DNA from: Candidatus Woesebacteria bacterium | GTDB taxonomy: Bacteria > Patescibacteriota > Microgenomatia > UBA1400 > UBA1396 | DNA: 64,000 nucleotides | Assembly: GCA_021208605.1 (NCBI GenBank) | Contig: JAJOJK010000002.1 | Span: 103,851 to 167,850, forward strand | Direction of reading: 5' to 3' | In this document: in pieces, positions 28,806 to 39,424 of the stretch | How positions within the stretch are numbered: the first letter of the stretch is position 1 | Layout of the letters: each line of letters begins with the position of its first letter | Translations under genes and position numbers: made by a program | Notes under the pieces: generated by a model | The model's input: only the letters and a program-made list of their open reading frames with translations | Told to the model about the DNA's origin: nothing | Database searches by the model: none

Positions 28806-29723
28806 CTATTGGAAGGACTGTGCAGTAATGCGCACACCTTCCTCCAGAGGCATGGTGGGCTGCCAACCAAATTCGCGCTGGGCTTTACTGTAATCCAAAA
28901 CACTGCGTACTTGCTCACCGGGGCGAGCAGGACCGTGCTCCTCTGGAATACTTGCATTCATCGCTGTGGTCACCAGATGAAAAACTTCATTGGTAGACGT
29001 TTCGGTATTGGTTCCAATATTGAATTCACCAGTACTTTCATACGCTAAAGCGGCCACATTGGCACGGGCCACATCAGCAACGTAGACGTAATCACGCGTA
29101 TTTTCACCTGTTCCGTTGATTTTAGGCTGTTCTCCTTTGAGAATTTTTTCCATAAAGATGGCAATGACACCAGATTCACCGTGTGGATTTTGTCGAGGAC
29201 CATATACGTTGGAGTATCGCAAGACAACATAAGGGATACCGTACTGCACAAAATAGAAATGGAGATACAGTTCGCCAGCACGTTTGGAAATACCATAGGG
29301 GGACAATGGCTGTGGACTCAGGTCTTCGGTGAACGGCACTGGTTTATCGCCGTACATGGCGCCTCCGGTTGAGGCCATAATCACTTTTTTGACCGTACCG
29401 ACATCGCGGGCTTCTTCCATGATATTCAAAACGCCGAGCACGTTGTTTTCGGCATCGAACTGCGGATTCTCTACTGAGTACCCCACTTGAATATGGGCAG
29501 CATGATGATCAATGACTTCTGGTCGAAATTCTTGCAATACTTCGCGAACTCGCACGCGATTGGTAATATCACCTTCAAAAAACTGAACGTTTTCCGGTAC
29601 ATTTTCTGTCACTCCGGTCGAGAGATTATCGAACACGGCCACTTCATGCCCTTCAGCCAAAAAAGCCTCCACTACATGCGAACCAATAAATCCGGCGCCA
29701 CCAGTTACTAAAATTTTTGCCAT
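28806..29723 (-). CDS. UDP-sugar 4-epimerase (GalE-like)
   Basis: ILVTGGAGFIGSH, YGISK (YxxxK), 305 aa. Confidence 0.75.
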   Translation of the reverse strand: MAKILVTGGAGFIGSHVVEAFLAEGHEVAVFDNLSTGVTENVPENVQFFEGDITNRVRVREVLQEFRPEVIDHHAAHIQVGYSVENPQFDAENNVLGVLNIMEEARDVGTVKKVIMASTGGAMYGDKPVPFTEDLSPQPLSPYGISKRAGELYLHFYFVQYGIPYVVLRYSNVYGPRQNPHGESGVIAIFMEKILKGEQPKINGTGENTRDYVYVADVARANVAALAYESTGEFNIGTNTETSTNEVFHLVTTAMNASIPEEHGPARPGEQVRSVLDYSKAQREFGWQPTMPLEEGVRITAQSFQ

Positions 29724-29743
29724 ACTTTCCTTTCTCTGTTCAG

Positions 29744-31180
29744 TTATGAACGAGTGCCTGTTTCGATGTACAAATCGTCTTCCCAGTATATATCAGAACG
29801 AATAGTAACCACGCGCACCATATTACTGAAAATAACTACCAACAATACCACCACGAAACATGCCTGCCAAATTCGTTGCCACGGCCACTGGCGCGCGAGC
29901 TTTTTTGAGTGCGAACTGAGCTCCGCCAAGATTGGCACACCAGCCAGAGCAACCCAAATTCGAGCCCAAAGTGATTGCGTCTCCCAAAACTGCACATTGT
30001 TCACAACACCGCGTAGCGCATTGCGCGGCAGGAAAATGAGAAGCAGCCAGAGCAAACTCAACGCCTTCCAACGAATGGTTTTCCACCACCACTCAGCCCA
30101 GTCTCCCCAATAGAAAGCAAAAAGAGGAAAGAAAATGATCCGATACCAACCATGGACCGTTTGTTCACCAATGCTCAATAACAAAAACGACAAATTGGCA
30201 AAAAAGACCATGTGTAAAAAGTGATGCCACTTTTTCTCTTTTGGCAACGTTTCTCTTCCTCCAAACAACAGCGTAGCGAATACCACAAAGTACCCCAGCC
30301 ACGTCCAGTAATCAGTCACAAAGTGCTGGACCAGCGTTGGTGTGCCAAATTGGGTAACATAGAGAGTCAAAAATCCGACATCGCGTGTGGCTTGACCAAA
30401 CTGTACCTGCCAGAATAACTGCGGATCCCACCAAACCATGTAAGCCACCATACTTCCGAGTCCAGCGACGAATGCGGCGGCCATCAAGAAAAGTTCACGC
30501 TTTTTCACCATCTGGATGCTCCCCACTAATACCCCGATTGCCAGAGCTATACCAGCCAACTTTGTGAGTGGCATCAAGAACAAACTCAAAAAGACAAGAA
30601 CTTTGCCCCAGGATTGCTTCCACGCTGAAAGCCCTACCAAGGTGAGTAAAAAGAAGGTCAATAAAAGATTTTCACTGACTACGAGGCGAGAAAGGAATAC
30701 AAAAATCGGCACAGTATTGAACAGTACAACGGCAACAAACGTCCGAATCGATTTGCCCCATACGCGTTGCAACCACCACGCAAAGAGAATGATATTCGCC
30801 CCACCAAGAAGTATCATGGGAAATCGAATCAACTTTATTGAAGGCAACGTGTCCCATGCCCGGCCCACAATGGTCTGTATTCCTCCCGGAATCAGTGCAA
30901 ACAAAGGTGGATGATCCACTACTGGAGCAACCACTCGATAGTACACATCGCCGACATACATATCGCGCACATCCGTGTACGCCGAAAAATATGACCAACT
31001 TTGCGGAAAACCTGTTTGCAAAACACTTGATCCCAGCATCGTCCAAGCGACTTCATCAGTAGTCTCACCGGCAATTGGGAACTCCCAATAAGCGTATGCT
31101 CGTAAAGCAATCCCCAATACCATAACTGTAGCGAGGAGTATGCCCCACCACCATTGTTTCCAGGACACTGTCAACTTCAT
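29744..31180 (-). CDS. GT-C membrane glycosyltransferase (ArnT/PMT, GT39/83-like)
   Basis: Polytopic, with a DE motif (GETTDEVAW) in the first extracytoplasmic loop; 478 aa. Confidence 0.6.
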   Translation of the reverse strand: MKLTVSWKQWWWGILLATVMVLGIALRAYAYWEFPIAGETTDEVAWTMLGSSVLQTGFPQSWSYFSAYTDVRDMYVGDVYYRVVAPVVDHPPLFALIPGGIQTIVGRAWDTLPSIKLIRFPMILLGGANIILFAWWLQRVWGKSIRTFVAVVLFNTVPIFVFLSRLVVSENLLLTFFLLTLVGLSAWKQSWGKVLVFLSLFLMPLTKLAGIALAIGVLVGSIQMVKKRELFLMAAAFVAGLGSMVAYMVWWDPQLFWQVQFGQATRDVGFLTLYVTQFGTPTLVQHFVTDYWTWLGYFVVFATLLFGGRETLPKEKKWHHFLHMVFFANLSFLLLSIGEQTVHGWYRIIFFPLFAFYWGDWAEWWWKTIRWKALSLLWLLLIFLPRNALRGVVNNVQFWETQSLWARIWVALAGVPILAELSSHSKKLARQWPWQRIWQACFVVVLLVVIFSNMVRVVTIRSDIYWEDDLYIETGTRS

Positions 31181-31187
31181 TGAAATA

Positions 31188-32918
31188 CTACTTTCTCTTC
31201 TCCTGATACATACAATACATCACAAAACCGGCACCCAGGACCAAAGTCACTAGAGAAATCCCCTCTCCCACCCATCGCCATGGGGTACGAGCCGCAAAAA
31301 CAGTTTTGACTGCGTAGGCTTCTCCTGGTCGCGCAGGAATGTGATAAGTGATAAATCCAAACGGTTCCACAGTATCTAAATCGTACTCCACAGCTTGACC
31401 ATCGAGCGTGGTGACCCATCCTGGGTAAAAAACAGTAGTCTCTTGCACAATAACGTCAGTCTTCGCTTCCAGCGTGTATGATCGTCGACTGCCGAGCCAT
31501 TCAGTTACCGCTACTTCAGCCTCACCGGTGGCAATCTGTGGGCCAAGTGCCCAACTTCCGAGCGTATCTGCTCGTAGGGTCTGCGGTCGATTTTCATTTC
31601 GGGTGCCTGTCGTATGCGGATAGTGTAAATAGTGTTCACGCTGAGCACTCCGAGTATCCACTGGTCGTAAACCAGAAAGCATACCTATCTGTAAAAGGAG
31701 CAGTACAAGGAGAATCCATTTCCAACCGCGAAGACCTTCCCACACCCAAGCACTCAAAGCAATTACCACGAACTGAACCAAGAACAACAATCGCCAAGGG
31801 AATTGAATAATCGACAAACTTGGCACAGCTGACCAGGCTGGAGAACTGATTGTTAGTGCAAAAAAGAGTGCAGTTATACCAACCACAACCAAGAGTAAAC
31901 GGCTACGAACACTATGCGAAGCTCCACTTCTCCATTTTCGTGGCTTCCACATGCGTGCGACTGCGTTACAAGCACGACTCAGAGCTAAAACTGCTACAGC
32001 AAAACTTACTCCTCCAAGTCCAAATCCCAGCGTATCGAGAACAGTGGGTCGCGAAAATCCAAATCGCAAAGGAGAACTCCATACTTGTCCCCACCCAAGC
32101 AAATGCTGCTGAGTTTCCCGAACTAAATCATCACCTTCGAGCGCAACTAAGGACAACTCCATCACCGCTGGAATCCAAAACCAGACTACGAGCAAAACAC
32201 TTGCTGTCCACACCAAAAACCAAAGCTTCAGTTTTCGAGCCGACCACGCCAAACTCAGTGTCCACAGTGCTAATAATGGCATGAGTAAAACCGCCATCAC
32301 GTTGTGGGCCAACCACCCTACTACTAATACCAAAACAGTAGCTACTCCCCAGCGCCATGACCACTTTTGTTTATGAAAGTGCTGCCACGTCCAGAGAGTA
32401 ATCGGGAGTAATCCATACCACAGAATTTCACCAATGTTGCCACGGAAAAAAGTAGCAGTTGCCCAATACGATCCAGTGGCATACATACCAACAGCAAACA
32501 AACTTGCCGACCGAGAAAAAGCACCCCGCGCCAAACTATACACTGCAAGAACTCCCAACCAAGCACTTCCCAATACCAAAACAGCAAAAGGGACAGCTGG
32601 ATGAAATCCAAGCCAGATAAACGGCATGGCCAGAATATTGGCCAGTGGGTAATTGTAGTGAAACACCGGAAACCCAAAGCCAGAAAATAAGTACGGTGCG
32701 AAACGGGGTGGAATCTGTCCTTCTCGGAAAGCGGCCGCATAATTCATAAAGCGCGCTAAATGGTTTTCACCATCATGCGTATACGGGAAGGCGGATTGTA
32801 AATACGGCCGAGACATCCACGCCGCTACCAAAAAAGTAACCAACAACCACAAAAGTGTGCGGCGAGAACGCCAGACCTTTTGAGCGATTCCTTGTATGAA
32901 TGTCCGTACTCGTTCCAT
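31188..32918 (-). CDS. Large polytopic membrane protein, putative GT-C-type glycosyltransferase (YfhO/AglB-like architecture)
   Basis: 576 aa. The N-terminal TM is followed by FPYTHDGENHLARF; there are at least 12 TM helices and a soluble C-terminal domain. Confidence 0.45.
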   Translation of the reverse strand: MERVRTFIQGIAQKVWRSRRTLLWLLVTFLVAAWMSRPYLQSAFPYTHDGENHLARFMNYAAAFREGQIPPRFAPYLFSGFGFPVFHYNYPLANILAMPFIWLGFHPAVPFAVLVLGSAWLGVLAVYSLARGAFSRSASLFAVGMYATGSYWATATFFRGNIGEILWYGLLPITLWTWQHFHKQKWSWRWGVATVLVLVVGWLAHNVMAVLLMPLLALWTLSLAWSARKLKLWFLVWTASVLLVVWFWIPAVMELSLVALEGDDLVRETQQHLLGWGQVWSSPLRFGFSRPTVLDTLGFGLGGVSFAVAVLALSRACNAVARMWKPRKWRSGASHSVRSRLLLVVVGITALFFALTISSPAWSAVPSLSIIQFPWRLLFLVQFVVIALSAWVWEGLRGWKWILLVLLLLQIGMLSGLRPVDTRSAQREHYLHYPHTTGTRNENRPQTLRADTLGSWALGPQIATGEAEVAVTEWLGSRRSYTLEAKTDVIVQETTVFYPGWVTTLDGQAVEYDLDTVEPFGFITYHIPARPGEAYAVKTVFAARTPWRWVGEGISLVTLVLGAGFVMYCMYQEKRK

Positions 32919-32925
32919 ATTTGGT

Positions 32926-34008
32926 TTACTGGTTTTCTTGCACTACTTGACGGTAAATATCATAGGTGGCGCGGGCGGTTTTTGACCATGAGAACATATT
33001 CGCCCGCATGAAACCTCGCTCAATCATATCTTGACGATCGGTTCCTCGCAGGGCGACTGCTTGCTGAATACCGTCAGCCAATCCGGTAATAGTCGGATCG
33101 ACCAAAATAGCCGCATCACCAACGACTTCTGGCAACGAACTCGTGTCTGCAGATACTACAACCGTTCCTACCTGCAACGCTTCCAAAACCGGCAGTCCAA
33201 ATCCTTCATAGAGTGATGGTTGAATTAAGCAGCGAGCCTTAGAAATAACGGCAGCTAGTTTTTCATCATCTCCTTTAGGTATATCGAGCACGTGCACACG
33301 CGACTCTAAATCATTGGCCTTAATAATTTCGGCGAGTTGCTGGCCCTCAGGAATAGTAGTATTCCGAAACGTCTGACTCACTACACATAAATGGATATCC
33401 TCTGGAATCTGTGTCAGCGCCAATAATAGAGTCGGTAAGTTTTTGTTGTAGTTGATATCTCCCACGTACAGGATGTACTTAGCAGGCAGTTTTAATTCTT
33501 CGGTGTATTTTTGCGCGTAGTAGTCGCTTACCGGCTGCAGTGATTGCCCAGCCGCCAACGGCACCACATGGACTTTATGCGACGAGATATCGAGATGTTC
33601 AATAATATCGGCACGGGAAGCTTCAGAATCGGTGATGATCGCATCGACACCTTGGAGGCGTTTTTTCTGGCCTTGAAAGCGCCATTGTCCTTTGAGTCCG
33701 GGTTTGTATTCCTCTGGGAACACAAGTGGGATCACATCATGCACAGTCACGACAACTGGCGTTTTGCTGCGTGCCGGTAAAGTGGAAAAAAACAAATCAA
33801 AAAACGGGTAATGTATCACATCAATGCCATCGGCATCTTTCGTGACTTGCGTACCAAACTCGGCTAACTCGTGCGTGGCATGAACCACCAACGGCTCAGG
33901 TAAATCCGCCAGCTCACGAAGTGACTGCAGCAATTCACGCGTGTAGGTGCCTACCCCACGAGTACTATTCGCATTCTGCAGTGGCTCAGTGTTGAGAAGC
34001 ACTTGCAT
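32926..34008 (-). CDS. Glycosyltransferase family 4
   Basis: GT-B with EX7E-type motif (LYEGFGLPVLEAL); 360 aa. Confidence 0.75.
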   Translation of the reverse strand: MQVLLNTEPLQNANSTRGVGTYTRELLQSLRELADLPEPLVVHATHELAEFGTQVTKDADGIDVIHYPFFDLFFSTLPARSKTPVVVTVHDVIPLVFPEEYKPGLKGQWRFQGQKKRLQGVDAIITDSEASRADIIEHLDISSHKVHVVPLAAGQSLQPVSDYYAQKYTEELKLPAKYILYVGDINYNKNLPTLLLALTQIPEDIHLCVVSQTFRNTTIPEGQQLAEIIKANDLESRVHVLDIPKGDDEKLAAVISKARCLIQPSLYEGFGLPVLEALQVGTVVVSADTSSLPEVVGDAAILVDPTITGLADGIQQAVALRGTDRQDMIERGFMRANMFSWSKTARATYDIYRQVVQENQ

Positions 34009-34011
34009 ACG

Positions 34012-34815
34012 CTACTTTTGCCCTTGCTGTTTCATTTCCCAGAGCTTAATGTACGCCAATAAGAAGTGAACGCCAGAAAACAGGGCAAAAATAAACCCGG
34101 CAAAACCATCGAGAATGCCTTTGTGTCGGAAATAGAGCTGAACAAATGTCCACAGTGGTTTCCAGATCATGTAGAGCACAGCATTGCCGAATGATGGTTC
34201 GACACCTTGCTCAGCCAGTTCTTGCGCGGTCAAACTGGTATAGGTATTGGACTTACGCAAGTAGTCAGAAAAAGTCGGTGAGTTGTAGTGCAGCAGGTGG
34301 CCACGTAACGTCTCCACTGCGCCGTCGACTTCCATTTGTTCGTGCACAGTTTTCATTGGCAATCGCGCTTTCCCCCGCTGGTAGAAACGGATCACCGGAT
34401 CTGGATACTGGCCGCCTTTGGTAAGGAATCGGTTGAGAAACCAGTTTTTGCGTTGTAGCCAGTAGCCTGCCGCTGATTTTGACAGATCCTCAGTGGCTAA
34501 AATTTCACGGATGTGACGCTTCATGGTGTCATCAACGACTTCATCAGCATCCATTTGCAGCACCCAGGGATATTTGGCTTCATCCATGGCCATTTGCTTG
34601 TTGATGTGGAAAATTGGCTTATTGGTGGTTTTGATCACCCGGGCACCGTGTTCTTTGGCAATTTCTCGCGTCGAATCAGGAGAACTGCCATCGACTACAA
34701 TAATTTCATCGGCGATGTCTTCAATACTTGCCAACGACCGAGCAATATTCTTTTCTTCGTTGTACGTGGCGTATACCACTGACAATTTGTGAACCGGAGT
34801 TTTCTGTTTTGCCAT
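34012..34815 (-). CDS. Glycosyltransferase family 2
   Basis: LSVVYATYNEE, VVDGSSPDST and QMDADE (DxD). Start set at MAKQKTP (34815). Confidence 0.7.
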   Translation of the reverse strand: MAKQKTPVHKLSVVYATYNEEKNIARSLASIEDIADEIIVVDGSSPDSTREIAKEHGARVIKTTNKPIFHINKQMAMDEAKYPWVLQMDADEVVDDTMKRHIREILATEDLSKSAAGYWLQRKNWFLNRFLTKGGQYPDPVIRFYQRGKARLPMKTVHEQMEVDGAVETLRGHLLHYNSPTFSDYLRKSNTYTSLTAQELAEQGVEPSFGNAVLYMIWKPLWTFVQLYFRHKGILDGFAGFIFALFSGVHFLLAYIKLWEMKQQGQK

Positions 34816-34817
34816 AT

Positions 34818-36455
34818 TTATTGACTTTCTGTTTCTATAGTATCCCACTTTGTGTTGCCGTTGGGCTCGAGATATATGCCTGATTTCTCGGCAATGTCAC
34901 TTTCTTGAAAGACAAATGTGAACTTGCCAACTTTTTCCACTCGTACTAATCCCACCGTATCGGCTGATGATCGCTGCACGGTTCGCAAAAACTCTTCTAC
35001 AGACATATCACTCGCCAGAACAGCGTAGGGATAGCGATTGCCATTTGGATCCCAGACAAATACGCTTTCGGCTTCAGACACGGTTTCGCTCTGTAAAGCT
35101 GCCGTCAGACCGGCGTTCCATTTTGGGCTCAGCATGCGTTCCCAACGAACTTGAGCTGGCAACCACCACCAGGCGAATCCCCACACAACAAACGCTGCCA
35201 CAACCAAGCGGAAATACAACCACCAGGCTTGTTTCGTGTAGCGTTGACACATTCCATCATAAAGCATAGCCAAACCATATCCTGCCCACACGGTCAGCAT
35301 CACAAAGAAAAATAAGCTGCGCGTAGCATGCGGGGCATCTACGGTCACAATCGCAGGCAGCGGGCTGAGAAAAAGTAAGACCATGCCCGCAAGAGGCAAG
35401 CGTTGTATCTCTGGTTTCTGGAGCCTTTTTTTCAGGGTCCAACCCAACTTCCAGATAATTCCCACCACCGCCATGCCTGGGATAAACGGATGGAGATGTC
35501 CCACTCCAGGAATACTGTGCCAAGGGTTGGATCCTCCACTCAACACCAAAAAATCCCAGGACCACGACGCTAGCCAGCGCTCGGCCGCTAATACGAAAAA
35601 ATATACATACTGGTTGCCCAATACCGTTTGCCATATTCCGCTGAAACTCTGCCGAAAAGCCGGATACAAGCTCAAGAGCGTTGGATCCTGAAAAATAGTA
35701 ATCGCCCCTTTTTGGGATGCGGCGGGCAACGTCAAAGCACCAACTCCCACAAATACCGAAAGGATGAGAATTCCACTTCGCACCAACGATACCCACTCAC
35801 CCCATCGGGCAACCACTAAGGCTAAGCCAACTACTGGCAAGAGAATCCATGGTGTGTTGTAGGTCATCGCGGCCAAGAGAAAAAAGAGTGTGCCGAGAAT
35901 ATCCCACTGATAGGTTGGCTTTTGCTGCAAAAAACAAACGAGCCCACTGACAAACAAGAGTAGCGCCATATTCGCTTCGAACCCAATAGTGCCGTAATGC
36001 CAAGTCCAAGGAGAAATTACCAGTAATAACGTACTTACCAATGCGGCCATGCGCGACTGCGTCCACTCTCGCGTCGCCCAGTACACCGCCAACAGCAACA
36101 AACAACCAGCCAAAACTGAAGGAAAACGAACGACCCACTCCCCAAATCCAAATACGGCGCCTAATCCAGCCACAGCGTAAATGTAGCCAGGCAATTTTAC
36201 GTCGCCAAACGAGGCGAACGTAACTGGCCAAGAACGACCCCACTCATCCACTCCTGCCTCCACGAGAAAACGGGCATTCATCAATAAGGCCGCTTCATCT
36301 TGATTAAGCGTTGTCGGGCCAACAGAAAACCAATAGTACACGCGGCCAACGGCGAGTATTCCCACCACCAGCGCGAGCCAAAAGACACTACTCTTCACGA
36401 GTCGATGTAAAAACGACAAAGCGTTCCTTTCCTGTTTCATCTCGTATCGTATCAA
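34818..36455 (-). CDS. GT-C membrane glycosyltransferase (ArnT/PMT-like) with C-terminal soluble domain
   Basis: DE motif (LNQDEAALL), DAPHATRSLFFF loop motif, 545 aa. Confidence 0.6.
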   Translation of the reverse strand: MIRYEMKQERNALSFLHRLVKSSVFWLALVVGILAVGRVYYWFSVGPTTLNQDEAALLMNARFLVEAGVDEWGRSWPVTFASFGDVKLPGYIYAVAGLGAVFGFGEWVVRFPSVLAGCLLLLAVYWATREWTQSRMAALVSTLLLVISPWTWHYGTIGFEANMALLLFVSGLVCFLQQKPTYQWDILGTLFFLLAAMTYNTPWILLPVVGLALVVARWGEWVSLVRSGILILSVFVGVGALTLPAASQKGAITIFQDPTLLSLYPAFRQSFSGIWQTVLGNQYVYFFVLAAERWLASWSWDFLVLSGGSNPWHSIPGVGHLHPFIPGMAVVGIIWKLGWTLKKRLQKPEIQRLPLAGMVLLFLSPLPAIVTVDAPHATRSLFFFVMLTVWAGYGLAMLYDGMCQRYTKQAWWLYFRLVVAAFVVWGFAWWWLPAQVRWERMLSPKWNAGLTAALQSETVSEAESVFVWDPNGNRYPYAVLASDMSVEEFLRTVQRSSADTVGLVRVEKVGKFTFVFQESDIAEKSGIYLEPNGNTKWDTIETESQ

Positions 36456-38099
36456 TTTCTAACCAATTTTCGGGAGTGGTTTCTCGTTTTTCCACAGGTA
36501 CAACATACATGAATTCCATTGTTTCGCTTTCCGCTTCAGAAAAATCAAGCAGCGTTATCTCTACATTTCCCAAAGTCTGCCGAGCAAACCCTTCACTCGG
36601 GATAGCTTGTATCTCAGACCAACTCAATCCTGATTTTGGTTGGTAGTACAAAAAGAATCGATCATCAAACTGATTCACAAAAACCGTTTCATACTGTTCG
36701 TGATGCGTAGAAATATACTGGGCCAAAGGCGTGTAGCCTGCCTGCCACTCAGTGGCGGAAAGCTGTGGATACACCACCACCCGTGTCACCGTAAAACGAA
36801 TTGTACAGAGTGCAACGAGTACGAGGGTCATGACCAAACCAAGCCGGCGAATCCAGCGCGGCAAAGACTGCTCCCACCACCATTGTCCCGCAACCACCAC
36901 TCCGTACCCTGCAAACGCAGCCAGTACAAACACGGCATTCAGCGATCGCAAAGCATGCGGCGTGTCTAGCGGCACCGAAGCCGGTACTAAAGCCGCTAAC
37001 CACCAGGCAATCAACAACCCACCGACTCGCCAAGAACGACGCCATATCGCTAGAACTCCAATCACCAAAAATGGCGCAAAAAGTCCGTACAAGAGACCAT
37101 ACCCAGGCACACCATGCCGAAGCTTTTGATCTCCTTGGAAGAACAAGTATTCTGGATCAAAGTGTTGCAAAACGTTTTCCCACCGGCCAAGGCCGTCAGT
37201 GTCCAACGGTTGTAAATTGCTTTTGAGACAAAGGTATTACCAGACTGCAAACGAAGCTCGTTAAGCGCTGTCGGTTCTGCCGCGGGCAAAGTAAGAATGC
37301 TTTCGGTACTCAGTCGCAGCTGATTACTGGCCGCATAAAAGTCAGCCTGTACCATCGGCAGAAGTGAAAACATCCAGATAAACAAACCGATGCCATACAG
37401 CCACCACCACTGCCTCGTTTTTGTCCACCACGCAGCCACCAGAACCACGAAAATCACTGGCCAAACAAAGCGAGTACTAAAGTAGGTATACACGCTCAAT
37501 GTGCCCAAGAAAACCGACAAACCAACGAATGCCAGGCGCCACTGCCAGTGTTTTCGAGACACACTCCACATGAGCGCGACTGCCGACCACAACACGAAAG
37601 CCGAACTCAGGTGACCCTCAAAACCAACTGTCGAAAAGTGAATCGACCAGGGCATAACGGTAATAACCGCAGCCGTAACCAAGGCCAGTTTTCGCTTCAA
37701 GTCGGTTTTCAGATCCGGCACTCCAAGCCAAAACACGGCGCCACCGAACACCATGCTCACGCCAGCCAAAAAACTGGGTAACCGCACGGCGAGAGCAGCT
37801 GAGTCCACAAATCGACTTACGAAACTAACGAACCAAATATATACCGGAAGTTTGTAATCTCCATACGAAATAAACAGCGGCTGAAACCACGAACGACCAT
37901 GCAGGTCGAGTCCCGTCGTGGCAATGGAGCGAGCATCGTTCCATATCGCCATCTCGTCCCAGTACAACGAAACCGGGACCTGGCCAAAACCGATACTTCG
38001 CAGCAGAACGGCAAGAGTAACAAGGAAAAAAAGAGTCAGCCAAAATCCGTGCTGACGGAGCCATGCTAGTCGTACCATACTCCCATTGTACACAGTCAA
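36388..38099 (-). pseudogene. Frameshifted paralog of the adjacent GT-C glycosyltransferase (two ORFs: 37062-38099 and 36388-37206)
   Basis: The N-terminal ORF (LYWDEMAIW... DE motif) and the C-terminal ORF (LDTPHALRSLNAVFVLAAFAGYG) align colinearly with the intact neighbour 34818-36455. The frame change lies near 37170-37215. Confidence 0.5.
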
Positions 38100-38139
38100 G
38101 TGTGCGTTTCCTGTGCGATTTTTATGCTAGCGTTTTCGC

Positions 38140-39424
38140 GTGCCCACACTCGAAGAAACACTCCAAAAATACTACGGCTTCTCCACGTTTCGTGCCCCGC
38201 AAAAAGAGATTATGGAATCAATCTTATCTGGCCGCGATACTCTGGCACTCTTGCCGACTGGAACTGGGAAATCGCTCTGCTTTCAGCTGCCATCACTCCT
38301 ATTACCGTTTCCCACACTGGTGATTTCGCCGCTCTTAGCGCTCATGCAGGATCAGGTCGAAAGTCTTACCAGACGGGGCATTCCTGCAGCGGCTATTACT
38401 AGTGACACTTCTCAATCAGAAAAAAACGACTATCCTGCATTCACTCCAGAGGAATACCACCCGATTTGTCTACCTCTCTCCAGAGCAGCTCCTCTCTGCG
38501 ACCCAAGCTGAGCTTCTTAAAATACCACTCAGCCATATCTGCATTGACGAAGCCCACTGTATCTCAGAATGGGGACATGACTTCCGACCAGAGTACCAAA
38601 AGATTGGAACGTTTCTCACTGCCTACACTCGATTCCATGATCGTCCGGTTCTATCAGCATTTACCGCCACCGCACATGCCACGGTGAAAAAAGATATTCT
38701 CCAGTTTTTTCCGTTGCAAAATCCACAACAGTTTTCCTTGCCATACTGGCGAGAAAACATTGACTACTGCGTCCGTGAAATAATAAGTGAAGCCCAAAAA
38801 CGCCGCGCTTGGCTAGAGATACTCACCTGGTGGCAAGAAAATGAATTGGCCAAGTGTTTGGTGTATGTTCCAACACGAATCGATGCGGAGTTCTATGCAG
38901 ATTGGGCCCGTCAGCGTGGTTTTTCGGCTCAAGCCTTTCATGCTGGATTATCATTAGCCAAAAGGAAAGCCCTCCTGGCGAAATTTCAAACTACGCCCAT
39001 GAGTATTCTGATTGCCACCACTGCCTTTGGCATGGGAATCGATATTCCCGACATCCGTGTAGTGGTCCATTTGTCTCCACCCATCACACTGAGCGCCTAC
39101 GCACAAGAATCTGGACGAGCCGGGCGCGATGGCCAGCGCAGCTGGTGTTTCTTGCTCTTTCGGGGCGAAGACTTGCATCAAAATCTCACTCTCTTCTTTT
39201 CACCCAACAAACAACGACATCGCCATCAGAAAAAAGAAGCACACTTGGTCTATCGCTGGGCGCGAGAGTCTGCCTGTTTGGCACGCTCACTCCGGATGTA
39301 TTTTGAAACCGAGCAAAAAGATACTCAGAAAATTATTGGCTGCCGCTGTTCGCGGTGTCAGCGGGTTACTTCGACAACACCTCTGGCGCTTTTTTGCCCA
39401 CGCGCACCATCGACTCAAACATGA
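38140..39424 (+). CDS. recQ: ATP-dependent DNA helicase RecQ, split into two frames at an A7 run (38420-38426)
   Basis: FRAPQKEIMESILSGRDTLALLPTGTGKSLCFQLP (motif I) and IDEAHCISEWGHDFRP (motif II / DEAH). Removing one A gives the continuous ...SQSEKTTILHSLQ... Confidence 0.7.
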
